This document shows positions 47,840-57,161 of a stretch of DNA of 64,000 nucleotides, piece by piece (position 1 is the stretch's first letter; every line of letters begins with the position of its first letter). Below the pieces are notes generated by a model, which was not told the origin of the DNA, did not search any database, and saw only the letters and a program-made list of their open reading frames with translations. The translations under genes and the position numbers were made by a program. The DNA is taken from the NCBI GenBank assembly GCA_021772095.1, contig JADYXR010000001.1:10786-74785 (forward strand), in the 5' to 3' direction. The DNA comes from Candidatus Obscuribacter sp. GTDB lineage: Bacteria > Cyanobacteriota > Vampirovibrionia > Obscuribacterales > Obscuribacteraceae.

Positions 47840-48508
47840 ATGAAATGGATCGGGCGATGGAATCTTCACAGGTTGCCGCAAACTTTGAAATCATTTGGAA
47901 CTCTAGTTTTAATCGCGCTTTTGACCGGAATCCTTTTCTGGTCATCGCCAATCTTTTATAGTGCGGATGCTAAGGCATCGCCTAAAGATGCGGAGCCTGA
48001 GAAAACGAAAGTTCGTGTGGAACCAAATCCCGTGGTGGTTGTAGAGACATCCAAGGGTGTGATCAAAATGCTCGTTTATAAAAACGAAGCACCGACGACA
48101 GCACAAAATTTTCTTGAGTTGGTCAAAAATCACACATACGATGGAACCAAGTTCCACCGCTATGAGCCTAAGTTCTGCGTGCAGGGCGGCGATCCAACCG
48201 GCACCGGCCGTGGTGGCTCAGGCAAATCCATTCCCTTAGAGATCAATCGTCAACTGAAGCACAGCGAGGCCGGCATGGTCGGCATGGCTAGAGGCCCCAA
48301 GAGGGATTCAGCCAGTTCACAGTTTTATATTATTCTCGGACCACAAAGCGGACTCGACAATGAGTTTGCTGTTTTTGCAAAAGTGACTGAAGGATTGGAC
48401 ATAGTGTTCACTCTTCGAAAAGGCGACACCATGGACAGTCTGTATCTTGAGGGTTCCAAAAAGGAACCTAAGAAGGAAACTAAAAAAGAGTCGAAAAAAG
48501 AAGGTTAG
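47840..48508 (+). CDS. Cyclophilin-type PPIase, exported or membrane-anchored
   Basis: APTTAQNFLELV, YDGTKFHR, QGGDPTGTG, GMARG..DSASSQFYI; N-terminal hydrophobic helix. Confidence 0.93.
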   Translation: MKWIGRWNLHRLPQTLKSFGTLVLIALLTGILFWSSPIFYSADAKASPKDAEPEKTKVRVEPNPVVVVETSKGVIKMLVYKNEAPTTAQNFLELVKNHTYDGTKFHRYEPKFCVQGGDPTGTGRGGSGKSIPLEINRQLKHSEAGMVGMARGPKRDSASSQFYIILGPQSGLDNEFAVFAKVTEGLDIVFTLRKGDTMDSLYLEGSKKEPKKETKKESKKEG

Positions 48509-48556
48509 CGGCCGGCATCTAGCCGATTGCAAACTGAGCAACAAAGAGGAAATGAA

Positions 48557-49006
48557 ATGAACGACCCAGTCGTATTGATCGAAACCAACAAAGGCACCAT
48601 TAAGGCTCAAATTCATTTGACTGATGCGCCTATCACCGCCCAGAATTTCTTGGATCTGGTAAACAAAGGATTCTATAACGGGTTGACGTTCCACCGCTAC
48701 GAACCGGGCTTCTGCCTGCAAGGCGGATGTCCTAAAGGCACCGGCACTGGTGGCTCGGACAAAAACATCCCGTTGGAAATCAACAAAAAATTGTCGCACA
48801 AAGAGAAGGGCGTTTTGGCGATGGCGAGATCAGATGATCCGAATTCAGCCAGCTCGCAATTCTATTTCACCCTCGGCGACGCTAACTTCCTCGATGGCAA
48901 CTATGCGGTCTTCGGAAAGCTTACCGAAGGCATGGAAGTTCTCGATCAGCTCCGCAAGGGCGACAAGATGGTCAATGTCAAAGTTGGCGAATCAGTTCAC
49001 GCATAA
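48557..49006 (+). CDS. Cyclophilin-type PPIase, cytoplasmic
   Basis: GAGGA RBS before ATG 48557; [39 protein letters not shown]. Confidence 0.95.
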   Translation: MNDPVVLIETNKGTIKAQIHLTDAPITAQNFLDLVNKGFYNGLTFHRYEPGFCLQGGCPKGTGTGGSDKNIPLEINKKLSHKEKGVLAMARSDDPNSASSQFYFTLGDANFLDGNYAVFGKLTEGMEVLDQLRKGDKMVNVKVGESVHA

Positions 49007-49026
49007 GTAATTTGAATTAGCATCCG

Positions 49027-49062
49027 AAAGTTCGCTCGAAATTAAATTTCGGGCGAACTTTT
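49027..49062. terminator. Intrinsic terminator after the cyclophilins
   Basis: AAAGTTCGCTCGAAAT-TAA-ATTTCGGGCGAACTTTT. Confidence 0.75.
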
Positions 49063-49130
49063 AGACTGCATATATTTCGCATCCTTGTTCGATACTGTAG
49101 AGATATAGGTTTTTACACCGTAGAAATGAA

Positions 49131-49330
49131 GTAGCAGTTGCAGCTGCTGACGCGACGTTCAAGACGTGGCTACGGTGACGGAAGCGGGGCGGCGCCCCGT
49201 TTTCGTCACCGGGAGCCCGACATTCGTGTTGGAATTTTTTTCCGGGACCCAAATTTCGGAGCAGGGCGACGAGCGTCCAGTTTTTTTTTGAAAAGCCCTC
49301 GGCGAGCGGCTGTTTGGAGACCCAAGCCGC
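49131..49330 (+). ncRNA. Putative structured ncRNA of unknown family
   Basis: At least five consecutive stems, including an 18-bp stem (49173-49211) and a UUCG-capped stem (49217-49232); wobble pairs are G-U on the + strand. Confidence 0.5.
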
Positions 49331-49366
49331 GCAAAAGCCAAGCACATTTGAAACCCAGATTCCGAC

Positions 49367-50239
49367 CTAGATCTTGATATAACGCCCTGACGTCCAGGCA
49401 CCACCACCGGCACCAACTGCGACACCAAGCGTCAACATGATTGCAAATGTCTGAGCAATGTTGTATCCCACGTTTTGCGGGAAGAACGGAGCCAGACTGG
49501 CCAGTTCCTGCTGCAGATATGGCTGAATCACATACAAATGCATAGTCAGCAAGACCAGCATGGCAAGCGTCGCCGCGATGAATCCATAGAATGCGCCCTG
49601 GAAGACGAACGGACATTTGATATAGAAATGGCCAACGCCCATCAAACTGAGAATCTCAATTTCTTTTTGCCGCGATTGAATAACTAAGTGAATCGTGTTT
49701 CCGATTACGGTCAGCGTCGCGGCAGTCAGGGCGCCAGTTACGACAACACCTGCAATTTCGATGAAGTGCCTGAATTCGTTGATGCGTTTAACAACCATCA
49801 TCGGATATCTAACCGCTTCGATCGCCGGCAAAAGTTTCAACTTCGGAGCAAGAGCCTCGACTTGATCGGCTCGATTCACGGTAACGTGAAGCGTGTTGGG
49901 AAGCGGGTTTGAGATAGACGCAACGTTGAGAGATTTTTTCATATCTTCCCAGGCGACGTCTTTAGTTATCACTTCGACCAAACGAACTTCTTTGTACTGA
50001 CTGACATCACGAGCCACTTCACGTGGTTCGTACTTGTCACTCAAAAATGCCGAGATCACCATTTGCGAACCCCAGAGGTTAACCAGGTTCTTCAACGACA
50101 TCGTGAGCTGAAGCACGCTTCCGAAGATAGTCAGAGCGATTGCAAGGATGCTTATGACTAGCCAGTTTGACCAGCCGCTTCGTTTGATGCCCAGAAAGGT
50201 TTCAACAAAAACTCTTCCAAGTATTCTCAATTGCCGCAT
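49367..50239 (-). CDS. ftsX: Cell division permease FtsX
   Basis: Four-TM layout, NPLPNT, IGNTIHLVIQSRQKEIEILSLMG, downstream of ftsE. Confidence 0.93.
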   Translation of the reverse strand: MRQLRILGRVFVETFLGIKRSGWSNWLVISILAIALTIFGSVLQLTMSLKNLVNLWGSQMVISAFLSDKYEPREVARDVSQYKEVRLVEVITKDVAWEDMKKSLNVASISNPLPNTLHVTVNRADQVEALAPKLKLLPAIEAVRYPMMVVKRINEFRHFIEIAGVVVTGALTAATLTVIGNTIHLVIQSRQKEIEILSLMGVGHFYIKCPFVFQGAFYGFIAATLAMLVLLTMHLYVIQPYLQQELASLAPFFPQNVGYNIAQTFAIMLTLGVAVGAGGGAWTSGRYIKI

Positions 50240-50261
50240 TACATCGACTCCAAAAAATCAA

Positions 50262-50984
50262 TTAAACAAGTGAAGACATTGACTGCGAAACTGATTGCAG
50301 ATCCATGTGAGTGTCATAGACGCCGCTATCGACATCGGAGACCAGCTCACCGCCTTTGAGGGCGATAACGCGACGTCTCATCGCATCAACAATAGTGTGA
50401 TCGTGGGTGGAAATCAGAACAGTGGTGCCACGTTCTGAAATTCTCGACAAGAGCTGAACAATTTCAAGCGAAGTAGCAGGATCGAGGTTGCCTGTTGGTT
50501 CATCAGCCAGTAGAACCGGCGGTCCGTTGACGATCGCTCGTGCGATGCCGACGCGTTGTTGTTCGCCACCAGAAAGTTCTTCAGGAAATGCATTCGCTTT
50601 TTCTTCCAGGTTGACTACGTTGAGTGCGCTGGAAACGCGCTTGCGAACATCCTTTTCATCAACGCCGAGAGCTCGCAAGATATACGCGACGTTATCGAAT
50701 GCAGTGGTTTTGGACAACAATTTGTAGTCCTGGAAGACGATGCCCAGACGACGGCGCAACAGTGGAATCTGGCGCGGGCTGAGGCGATTGAGATTGACGC
50801 CGCCAATAAAAACGCTTCCTGAGCTTGGCACTTCTTCACGATAAAGCAAACGCATCATCGTAGATTTGCCTGCACCAGATGGTCCAACAAGGAATGCGAA
50901 TTCGCCGAGCGCCACGTGAAGGTTGATATCCTTCAATGCGGGTCGACCACCGTAGCCCTTCGATACATGCTGAAGTCGAATCAT
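50262..50984 (-). CDS. ftsE: Cell division ATP-binding protein FtsE
   Basis: [46 protein letters not shown]. Confidence 0.96.
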   Translation of the reverse strand: MIRLQHVSKGYGGRPALKDINLHVALGEFAFLVGPSGAGKSTMMRLLYREEVPSSGSVFIGGVNLNRLSPRQIPLLRRRLGIVFQDYKLLSKTTAFDNVAYILRALGVDEKDVRKRVSSALNVVNLEEKANAFPEELSGGEQQRVGIARAIVNGPPVLLADEPTGNLDPATSLEIVQLLSRISERGTTVLISTHDHTIVDAMRRRVIALKGGELVSDVDSGVYDTHMDLQSVSQSMSSLV

Positions 50985-51187
50985 TTTGTGGTTTCAACCT
51001 GAGGGGATGCCGAAAATTCTCGCTCGATTAGCGACGAAGTTTTTTGCACTGCCGGCGATTTCTGAGGTGTTCAAAACACAGGAATGTCCGACAGGCGGGA
51101 ATCATAACATAGTAGTCAGCAGGAAGCCTTGAATAAGATCAATGTTCTACTTTGTTAATTTCAGTGGACCGAATTCCTTTCGGAGCA

Positions 51188-51913
51188 CTACGTTTTCGGT
51201 TCATGTTTGGCGTTGATCAAACCCCAGACATGACAAAGTCGACACAAGGAAAGCTCGCCATACATGCGGGTGTCGACGAATCCACACTGAGTGCAGGCAT
51301 CCAGTCCCTTGGTTTCACGCCATGCTCTAAGTCTTAACTCTCGCTCATACATGCGAACCATTCGGTCCGAAATACCAGGTTCAAACTCAACCCCGGCCTG
51401 CAGACTCTCCTTCAATTCTTGTATCTCGATTAGATTTTCTTCGGATAGCTGAATTGACGCCAGTTCTTGTTCGCTTGCCACAAACGACGCTGCACGCGCT
51501 TCTTCACGCTTGTGACTTTGCAGAGCCTTCTCTAAATAATCGCTATCTTCGCCGGCTTTGAAATGTTTCAAATCAAAACGAATGCCGACAATTTTCAATC
51601 CGACGCCACGGGCAAACGGCGCAAGCCTCTTCAGCATTGGTCCTCGCTGAAAAGATAGTTCTTGCGCAACTGAAGCATCTTTAACGGAAACGACCAGGTT
51701 TCCTTCGTTATCAATGAATAGCGGACGCGTCACGTTCTTGAATGGTGGGTCCACAATATCCGCCCAGAGCGACATGAAGGCATGTTCTTTCATGCGCTGC
51801 TCCAGACCGAACTTCGAAATCACTTTGCTCAAGACCGTCGAAACGTCGGTCATAGTGCTGCGAGAACGGTAGCGATCAGGTTTTCTGGCTCTGACAGTTT
51901 CGTCTTCGGGCAT
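51188..51913 (-). CDS. DUF721/DciA-family protein with a C-terminal Zn ribbon
   Basis: WADIV...TRPLFI...LVVSVKDASVAQELSFQR...IRF; CTQC...CRLC. Confidence 0.8.
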   Translation of the reverse strand: MPEDETVRARKPDRYRSRSTMTDVSTVLSKVISKFGLEQRMKEHAFMSLWADIVDPPFKNVTRPLFIDNEGNLVVSVKDASVAQELSFQRGPMLKRLAPFARGVGLKIVGIRFDLKHFKAGEDSDYLEKALQSHKREEARAASFVASEQELASIQLSEENLIEIQELKESLQAGVEFEPGISDRMVRMYERELRLRAWRETKGLDACTQCGFVDTRMYGELSLCRLCHVWGLINAKHEPKT

Positions 51914-52113
51914 TGGAATGGTGCTCCTGAAGCGCTTCCCGCGCAGCCTTTCCCAATAGCAACATTATAGGAGTAACGCGGATGCCTGTGGTTATCAGGA
52001 AAATTTCCTCATAATCTGCCCGATCTAAGCGCATCCCCAGCCAAACCTGAGTTATAATCTGTCGACTCGCCGCATCGGCGGGCAAGTCAGTTATTGGTGC
52101 CGGTGGAGGTTCT

Positions 52114-52470
52114 ATGAGGTCACCCGTGGTCGCTCAAAATACTATTGAAGAACTTCAGCGCAGATTCAAACCAGAGAATGCGCGCAATCTTTCAGCCACC
52201 TACCTGATCACCATTCGTGGAGAAGACGGCGGTTCCTGGCTTACCAAGATCGCCGAAGGCAACTGCGAATTCATCAAACAAGATGATCCTGAGAGCGCAA
52301 GAGCGGATTGCTCGATCGCAATCAACGCAGAAGATCTGGAATTCATCATGAACGGTCAAATGACCGCAATGACAGCAGCCCTTTCCGGCATTCTCGCCAT
52401 CGACGGCGAACTCGGTCTGGCGATGCAACTTGTGCCAATCTTCTTCGAAGGACAGGCACCATTTATTTAA
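52114..52470 (+). CDS. SCP2 sterol/lipid-binding domain protein
   Basis: FKPENA...GGSW...ADCSI...MTAALSGILAIDGELGLAMQL. Confidence 0.88.
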   Translation: MRSPVVAQNTIEELQRRFKPENARNLSATYLITIRGEDGGSWLTKIAEGNCEFIKQDDPESARADCSIAINAEDLEFIMNGQMTAMTAALSGILAIDGELGLAMQLVPIFFEGQAPFI

Positions 52471-52599
52471 GTTCATTCCAACCGGGTATATAGAACTCGG
52501 CGATTCGGCTCATCTTAATTTTTTGACGAGTTCTGAATCAGGCGTAGTGATACTATGCAAATTGAACTGCCGGGCGACAAGCCGTGGCAAGCGTTTTTA

Positions 52600-52630
52600 A
52601 GGAACCGGTTAAACGGTTCCTGTTTTTTTG
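52600..52630 (+). terminator. Intrinsic terminator
   Basis: AGGAACCG-GTTAAA-CGGTTCCT followed by GTTTTTTT. Confidence 0.75.
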
Positions 52631-52801
52631 GCTATTTTTAGGCATCACCGGCGGTGGCAAGCATTTAGCGGTCAAACAATCTGCACAAATCACTCAGTCC
52701 GCGCGTCGCCAGTTTCCATGCGGTTTAAAACCAGCGAACAACCACAGGAAGCGGTCGCAAGTTCACGATCACGAACGCAATTTACTAAAACACAAAACAA
52801 C

Positions 52802-53704
52802 TCAACAACGCCCAAGCCGCTCAAGCGCTTCTTTCATACACTCCGCCGGCACCGCGCGCCCCGTCCAGATCTCGAACGCTCGCGCCGCCTGATAGATCAA
52901 CATATCCAATCCATCTATCGACGCATAACCTTTTGACTGCGCCAAATCTTCCAATGGCGTCGCCATATCCATGCGTGAATAAACCAGGTCGTAAATAAGC
53001 GCGCGCCGATCGAGTTTCGCAACACACGCCGAGAACCAGTCAGGCAGGGGCTTTGAATCTTGCCCCATGGGCGTGGCGTTGACTAGTAAAAACTTATTCC
53101 GAAGTGCATTTTCGTCTTCAAGATTCGCAATCACTCGCAGCAAATTCGATTGCAAAAGCAGATCGCCTTTTGAACCCATCGATTTTGCAAGACTGGAAAC
53201 AAACGTTTGAGCCTTCTCGCTATCTCTTCCATATACAGATATGTCAAAGTACCCGAGCTCGCATAATCCAGCCACCACGGCGCGCGCAGCGCCCCCACAG
53301 CCGACGACGACAACCGACTTCGACCACTGCGTATCGATGCGTTCGCGTTCGAGTGCTTCCGACAATGATTTTGAAAATCCGTAGACGTCGGTGTTGTGTC
53401 CTTTGCGACTGCGACCACCGTCATCAAAAACTATCGTGTTCACAGCACCAACATAACCAGCCTCTTCGGACAGCTCCGTCAAAAACGGCATGACAGCTTG
53501 CTTGTGAGGAATAGTCACATTGACTCCGCGCAATCCCCGTTTCGCTATTTCAGCCAAACTCGATTCGAGATTTTCCGGAGCTATATCGAATAGACGGTAT
53601 TCACCTTTCAATCCAAGATACAAAAGCGCCGCCTCGTGAAGAAGCGGCGACAATGAATGTTTGACTGGATGTCCGATCAACCCGAGTTGAAATACCTCAG
53701 GCAC
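52802..53704 (-). CDS. aroE: Shikimate dehydrogenase
   Basis: GLIGHPVKHSLSP, GVNVTIPHK, GAVNTI, GHNTD, GCGGAARA, VNATPMG, DGLDMLIYQA; GTG at 53704 just after the exbD stop. Confidence 0.95.
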   Translation of the reverse strand: MPEVFQLGLIGHPVKHSLSPLLHEAALLYLGLKGEYRLFDIAPENLESSLAEIAKRGLRGVNVTIPHKQAVMPFLTELSEEAGYVGAVNTIVFDDGGRSRKGHNTDVYGFSKSLSEALERERIDTQWSKSVVVVGCGGAARAVVAGLCELGYFDISVYGRDSEKAQTFVSSLAKSMGSKGDLLLQSNLLRVIANLEDENALRNKFLLVNATPMGQDSKPLPDWFSACVAKLDRRALIYDLVYSRMDMATPLEDLAQSKGYASIDGLDMLIYQAARAFEIWTGRAVPAECMKEALERLGRC

Positions 53705-53709
53705 GATTC

Positions 53710-54147
53710 TTAGTACTGTTTCGTTTGAACGGTGGCGACTCGCATCTTGGTGATACCAGATGCGGAGCAGGCGGTCATGATGTGAACCACGTCCTTCTGC
53801 TTGCAATCACCATCCGCGTTGACCGTGACCGGTACGTCTGAAATACCAATAGACTTAACGACTTCTTGCACCTTGGCTGTAATAGCTTCGGGACTGGTGT
53901 CGGGAATCTTCTTGCCGTTGATCGCGATTTCGCCATCTTTGGAGACGTCGATCATGATCGACTTGGTCCTAGAGTTCTCTTTCTTCGCGTGATAAGTCTC
54001 AGGCGGTTTGATCTTAAGTTCTGACTTATCGATCAGGGGTGCGATCAAGATCATGATTACGAGGAGCACAAGGAAAACGTCTGTCAGGGGCGTGATGTTG
54101 ATGTCGGTAAAGACTTCAGAACCGCCAGAGCCCATGGACATACGCAA
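53710..54147 (-). CDS. exbD: ExbD/TolR-family protein
   Basis: DINITPLTDVFLVLLVIMI, VNAD. Confidence 0.9.
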   Translation of the reverse strand: MRMSMGSGGSEVFTDINITPLTDVFLVLLVIMILIAPLIDKSELKIKPPETYHAKKENSRTKSIMIDVSKDGEIAINGKKIPDTSPEAITAKVQEVVKSIGISDVPVTVNADGDCKQKDVVHIMTACSASGITKMRVATVQTKQY

Positions 54148-54199
54148 TCACCCCCTCTAATCAAATCGAAACTGTAACTCTAGAACCCGAATAAACAAA

Positions 54200-54847
54200 C
54201 TATCTGGTGTACGAACCTTCTTTGTCTTCGCTGGCAGCGAAGCTGAGGAAGAGTAGTTTCAGAAGTTGGAAGTCATCGTTGAAACGCTTAACGGTGTTGG
54301 TGTACCAGTTGTTAAACACAACAGCGAGGATGGATACGATAAGACCATAACCTGTTGCGATCAGCGCTTTAGCTACACCGATAACAACTGTCTGCGTACC
54401 ACCACCGGATGCACCAAGTTCGTCCAGCGTAAATACGACACCAACCACGGTGCCGAACAGACCCAAGAACGGACACGTCGCCCCGATTGTACCGAGGATG
54501 GCAAGATGCTTTTCGAGTTTTCTGGAAACCAGTCCGACTGTGATGTCGAAGGCCTTCGAGAAGTCTTCTTTTTGTTCTGCCAAAAGTCTTACGCCTTCTT
54601 CAGCAACTTCACCGATTACACCGCCGAGGCGGCTGCAGGTCTGTTGCGCTTTTTGAAGATTGTTGTTTTCCAACTCGCGTTGCAATTGGTGGATGAACGC
54701 CGTCACATCTCTACGATTTTGTTGATAGTAAAGATAGCGCTCCACCGTTACCGCGAGAGTCGCTACCGAGCAGAGAGTGATTGGTATCGAAGCGAACCAA
54801 TCCTGCATCATAAAATCGATAAAATAAGTTAGGAACTTGCTTTCCAT
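54200..54847 (-). CDS. exbB: ExbB/TolQ (MotA-family) proton channel
   Basis: LGTIGATCPFLGLFGTVVG, ALIATGYGL; AGGAG RBS before ATG 54847. Confidence 0.9.
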   Translation of the reverse strand: MESKFLTYFIDFMMQDWFASIPITLCSVATLAVTVERYLYYQQNRRDVTAFIHQLQRELENNNLQKAQQTCSRLGGVIGEVAEEGVRLLAEQKEDFSKAFDITVGLVSRKLEKHLAILGTIGATCPFLGLFGTVVGVVFTLDELGASGGGTQTVVIGVAKALIATGYGLIVSILAVVFNNWYTNTVKRFNDDFQLLKLLFLSFAASEDKEGSYTR

Positions 54848-54951
54848 TAATGTACTCCTAAGTGAGATCACTCTCCCTGAACGAGATCACTCCCAGCCGT
54901 TAGGGGAGTTTGAGCCCTGTGGCTCAAACATAACGGATCTGAGTAAGTCTA

Positions 54952-56748
54952 TCAGAATCGGCGGAATACGCCACCACCCCCAGTACCCTTGAAGACGTTG
55001 TAGTCGAATGTAAATTGAATATCTACATCGGCTGGAGCGCCGTCAGGTAGTGGTCGGAAGGGTGCAGCGTTCTGAATCGCTTTCAGAGCAGCCTGGTCGG
55101 CGATAGCCATGCCTGAAGAACCTATTATGCGGAGGTTAGACATAGTGCCGTTTGTGTGGACCTTGAAGACCACTTGAACACGTTTACTTTCGTTACCTTT
55201 CGGTGGATACCAGGCTCGTTTGATTCTTCTTTGCAGATCAGCCATGTAAGGGCCGAAGTCGACATCTTTCTGAGCGGACAATGATGGACGCCCGGGCTTA
55301 GCGCCCTTGTCCGGATTACCTTCTGAGCCTTCGCCACCACCGCCACCACCACTTCCGGAGGATGGACGAGGAACGCTTGGCGCAACTGCCATTGACGGAC
55401 CGGAATCGCCGGAGCCGCTGCCGGATCCAGATCCGGAGCCTGCACGCGAAGGTGCTGGAGCCGCTGAAGGTCCGCTTCCGTGCCCGCCCTTCGAGGTCGA
55501 GCCCCCACCGCCGCCGGCGAAGACCGGGACCGGTCCGCGCGCGCCGCCGCCACCGGAAGTACCGCGAGTACTGATCGAGGCTATCGGTGCAGGCATAGTG
55601 CCGGAAGAACTGCTAGGCAAAGAGGCAAGAGCAGGTGACGGAGCCGCTGGTGCTCCCACTTTTCCTATCGAAACCGGAGCAGGAACAGGAACAGAATTGG
55701 CTCTTGGCGAGGCTGCCGGAGCAGCAAAAGGATTCGGCATCATCATAGGCGTTTTGTTAGGCGATGGCGACGGACTCGGAGTTGGTGACGGTGCCGCCAT
55801 TGGCGCAGGCGAAGGCGTCGGTCTTGGTGAAGGTGTGGGCGTCGGAGCAGCTGACGGAGACGGTCTCGGCGTCGGACGCGGCGTTGGTTGCGCTTGCGGC
55901 TTAGGCGATGGAGACGGCGTCGGAGCGTGCGTTTGCTCTACCGGTTTTGCCACCGGCTTCGCCTCCGGTGCTTTCGGCGTAGGTTTTGCAGCAGGCTTAG
56001 CCTGGCTTGGCGCCTTCGGTTGCGGTGACGGAGGCGAAACTTTTTTCTGTGGATCATGCTTGCCGCGATCTTCGGAATTCTTTTCAGCCTTACGTTTTGA
56101 ACGAATCTGCTTTTTCACTTCCGGTTGGTTCTGAATAAATTCGATATCCGTAATCTGCGTTCTAGGCGGCGGCGGAATCAAAAAGAAGAAAGCCAGAATC
56201 AAACATGTCGCCATCAGTGCAACGTGGACCAGATAAGATCCGCTCGACGCCTCAGGCATATCCATAACAGCATCAGCGTAGATCTGCTTGCGCTGAATTA
56301 CGGCAGCATGATCGTACGCATCGCGCATAGCCAATGCGGTAAATGAGAGGAACAACCCGATCAACACTAATGATGCGGGGTTACCTAATCGGAAGTTCAT
56401 CATCGACGCGATTAGCTGCCTGTTCGGCTCCATGTTGAAACCGGTACCGAAGCTATAAAGGCTCTGCAACAGCGATTCGTTAAAAACCAATCCCAGAAAA
56501 ACCATAAAGTTGATCACGCCGACCGCGAGAAACAACGATCCCTTCCTGGATTCACCGTTGTAAAACTGACCTAACCCGGGCAATACCGATAGCAAACCGG
56601 CCATAGTCGGGTCTTTCTGGGGCCGGTCATTTGCCTTTGCGTAAGTAGCCATGGAAGTAGGTTTCCGTCCTGAGTAGTAAAGAGAGGTTTCCGTATCCGT
56701 ACAAAACGAGCCATGAAGGAACGAACTTTTAGATACGACCAGAAACAC
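54952..56748 (-). CDS. TonB-family protein with an extra N-terminal membrane module (start likely 56652)
   Basis: Several TM helices, P-rich linker, C-terminal YMADLQRRIKRAWYPP...SSGMAIADQAALKAI..AAPFRPLP. Confidence 0.88.
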   Translation of the reverse strand: MFLVVSKSSFLHGSFCTDTETSLYYSGRKPTSMATYAKANDRPQKDPTMAGLLSVLPGLGQFYNGESRKGSLFLAVGVINFMVFLGLVFNESLLQSLYSFGTGFNMEPNRQLIASMMNFRLGNPASLVLIGLFLSFTALAMRDAYDHAAVIQRKQIYADAVMDMPEASSGSYLVHVALMATCLILAFFFLIPPPPRTQITDIEFIQNQPEVKKQIRSKRKAEKNSEDRGKHDPQKKVSPPSPQPKAPSQAKPAAKPTPKAPEAKPVAKPVEQTHAPTPSPSPKPQAQPTPRPTPRPSPSAAPTPTPSPRPTPSPAPMAAPSPTPSPSPSPNKTPMMMPNPFAAPAASPRANSVPVPAPVSIGKVGAPAAPSPALASLPSSSSGTMPAPIASISTRGTSGGGGARGPVPVFAGGGGGSTSKGGHGSGPSAAPAPSRAGSGSGSGSGSGDSGPSMAVAPSVPRPSSGSGGGGGGEGSEGNPDKGAKPGRPSLSAQKDVDFGPYMADLQRRIKRAWYPPKGNESKRVQVVFKVHTNGTMSNLRIIGSSGMAIADQAALKAIQNAAPFRPLPDGAPADVDIQFTFDYNVFKGTGGGGVFRRF

Positions 56749-57161
56749 GATGAATTTGTTTCTGAAAGCTTGAAGGCATTGAACCCACTAATTAAATGTC
56801 TTAATCAATATAGGTAGGTCCGCTTGGGCTCCCTGTCGCCGTTAGAAATACTTGCCGATCGCCTGATTAACGAAAGTTCAGTATAACTCGTATAGTTTAA
56901 ACCCGCTCAAAGCCAGGATTCAAGAGGGTTGCAGTTGATAACCATCAACTCATCTGCCAGTCGCCCAAAATTCTTTCGGCGACTGGAATAGTTTCACTAT
57001 ATAGCTATCCGCAGCAAGCCGCTACGGTTCTTTGACGCAATCGATCATCAGTAAAACCCCGATACAAATCCTGGGGTTTACCCTGACTATTGGGATATGA
57101 CAAGCTTCTGGAAGAACTAAACCAAAATCTGCTCTGGTTTGGTTCTCACCGCTAAGCGAAA

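Noticed and set aside
49061..49428. Short ORFs across the structured intergenic region
   Set aside because: R/P/G-biased translations typical of GC-rich hairpins, with no RBS or recognisable domain.
53705..53806. N-terminal extension of AroE in the ORF track
   Set aside because: It overlaps exbD; AroE similarity starts at the GTG at 53704.
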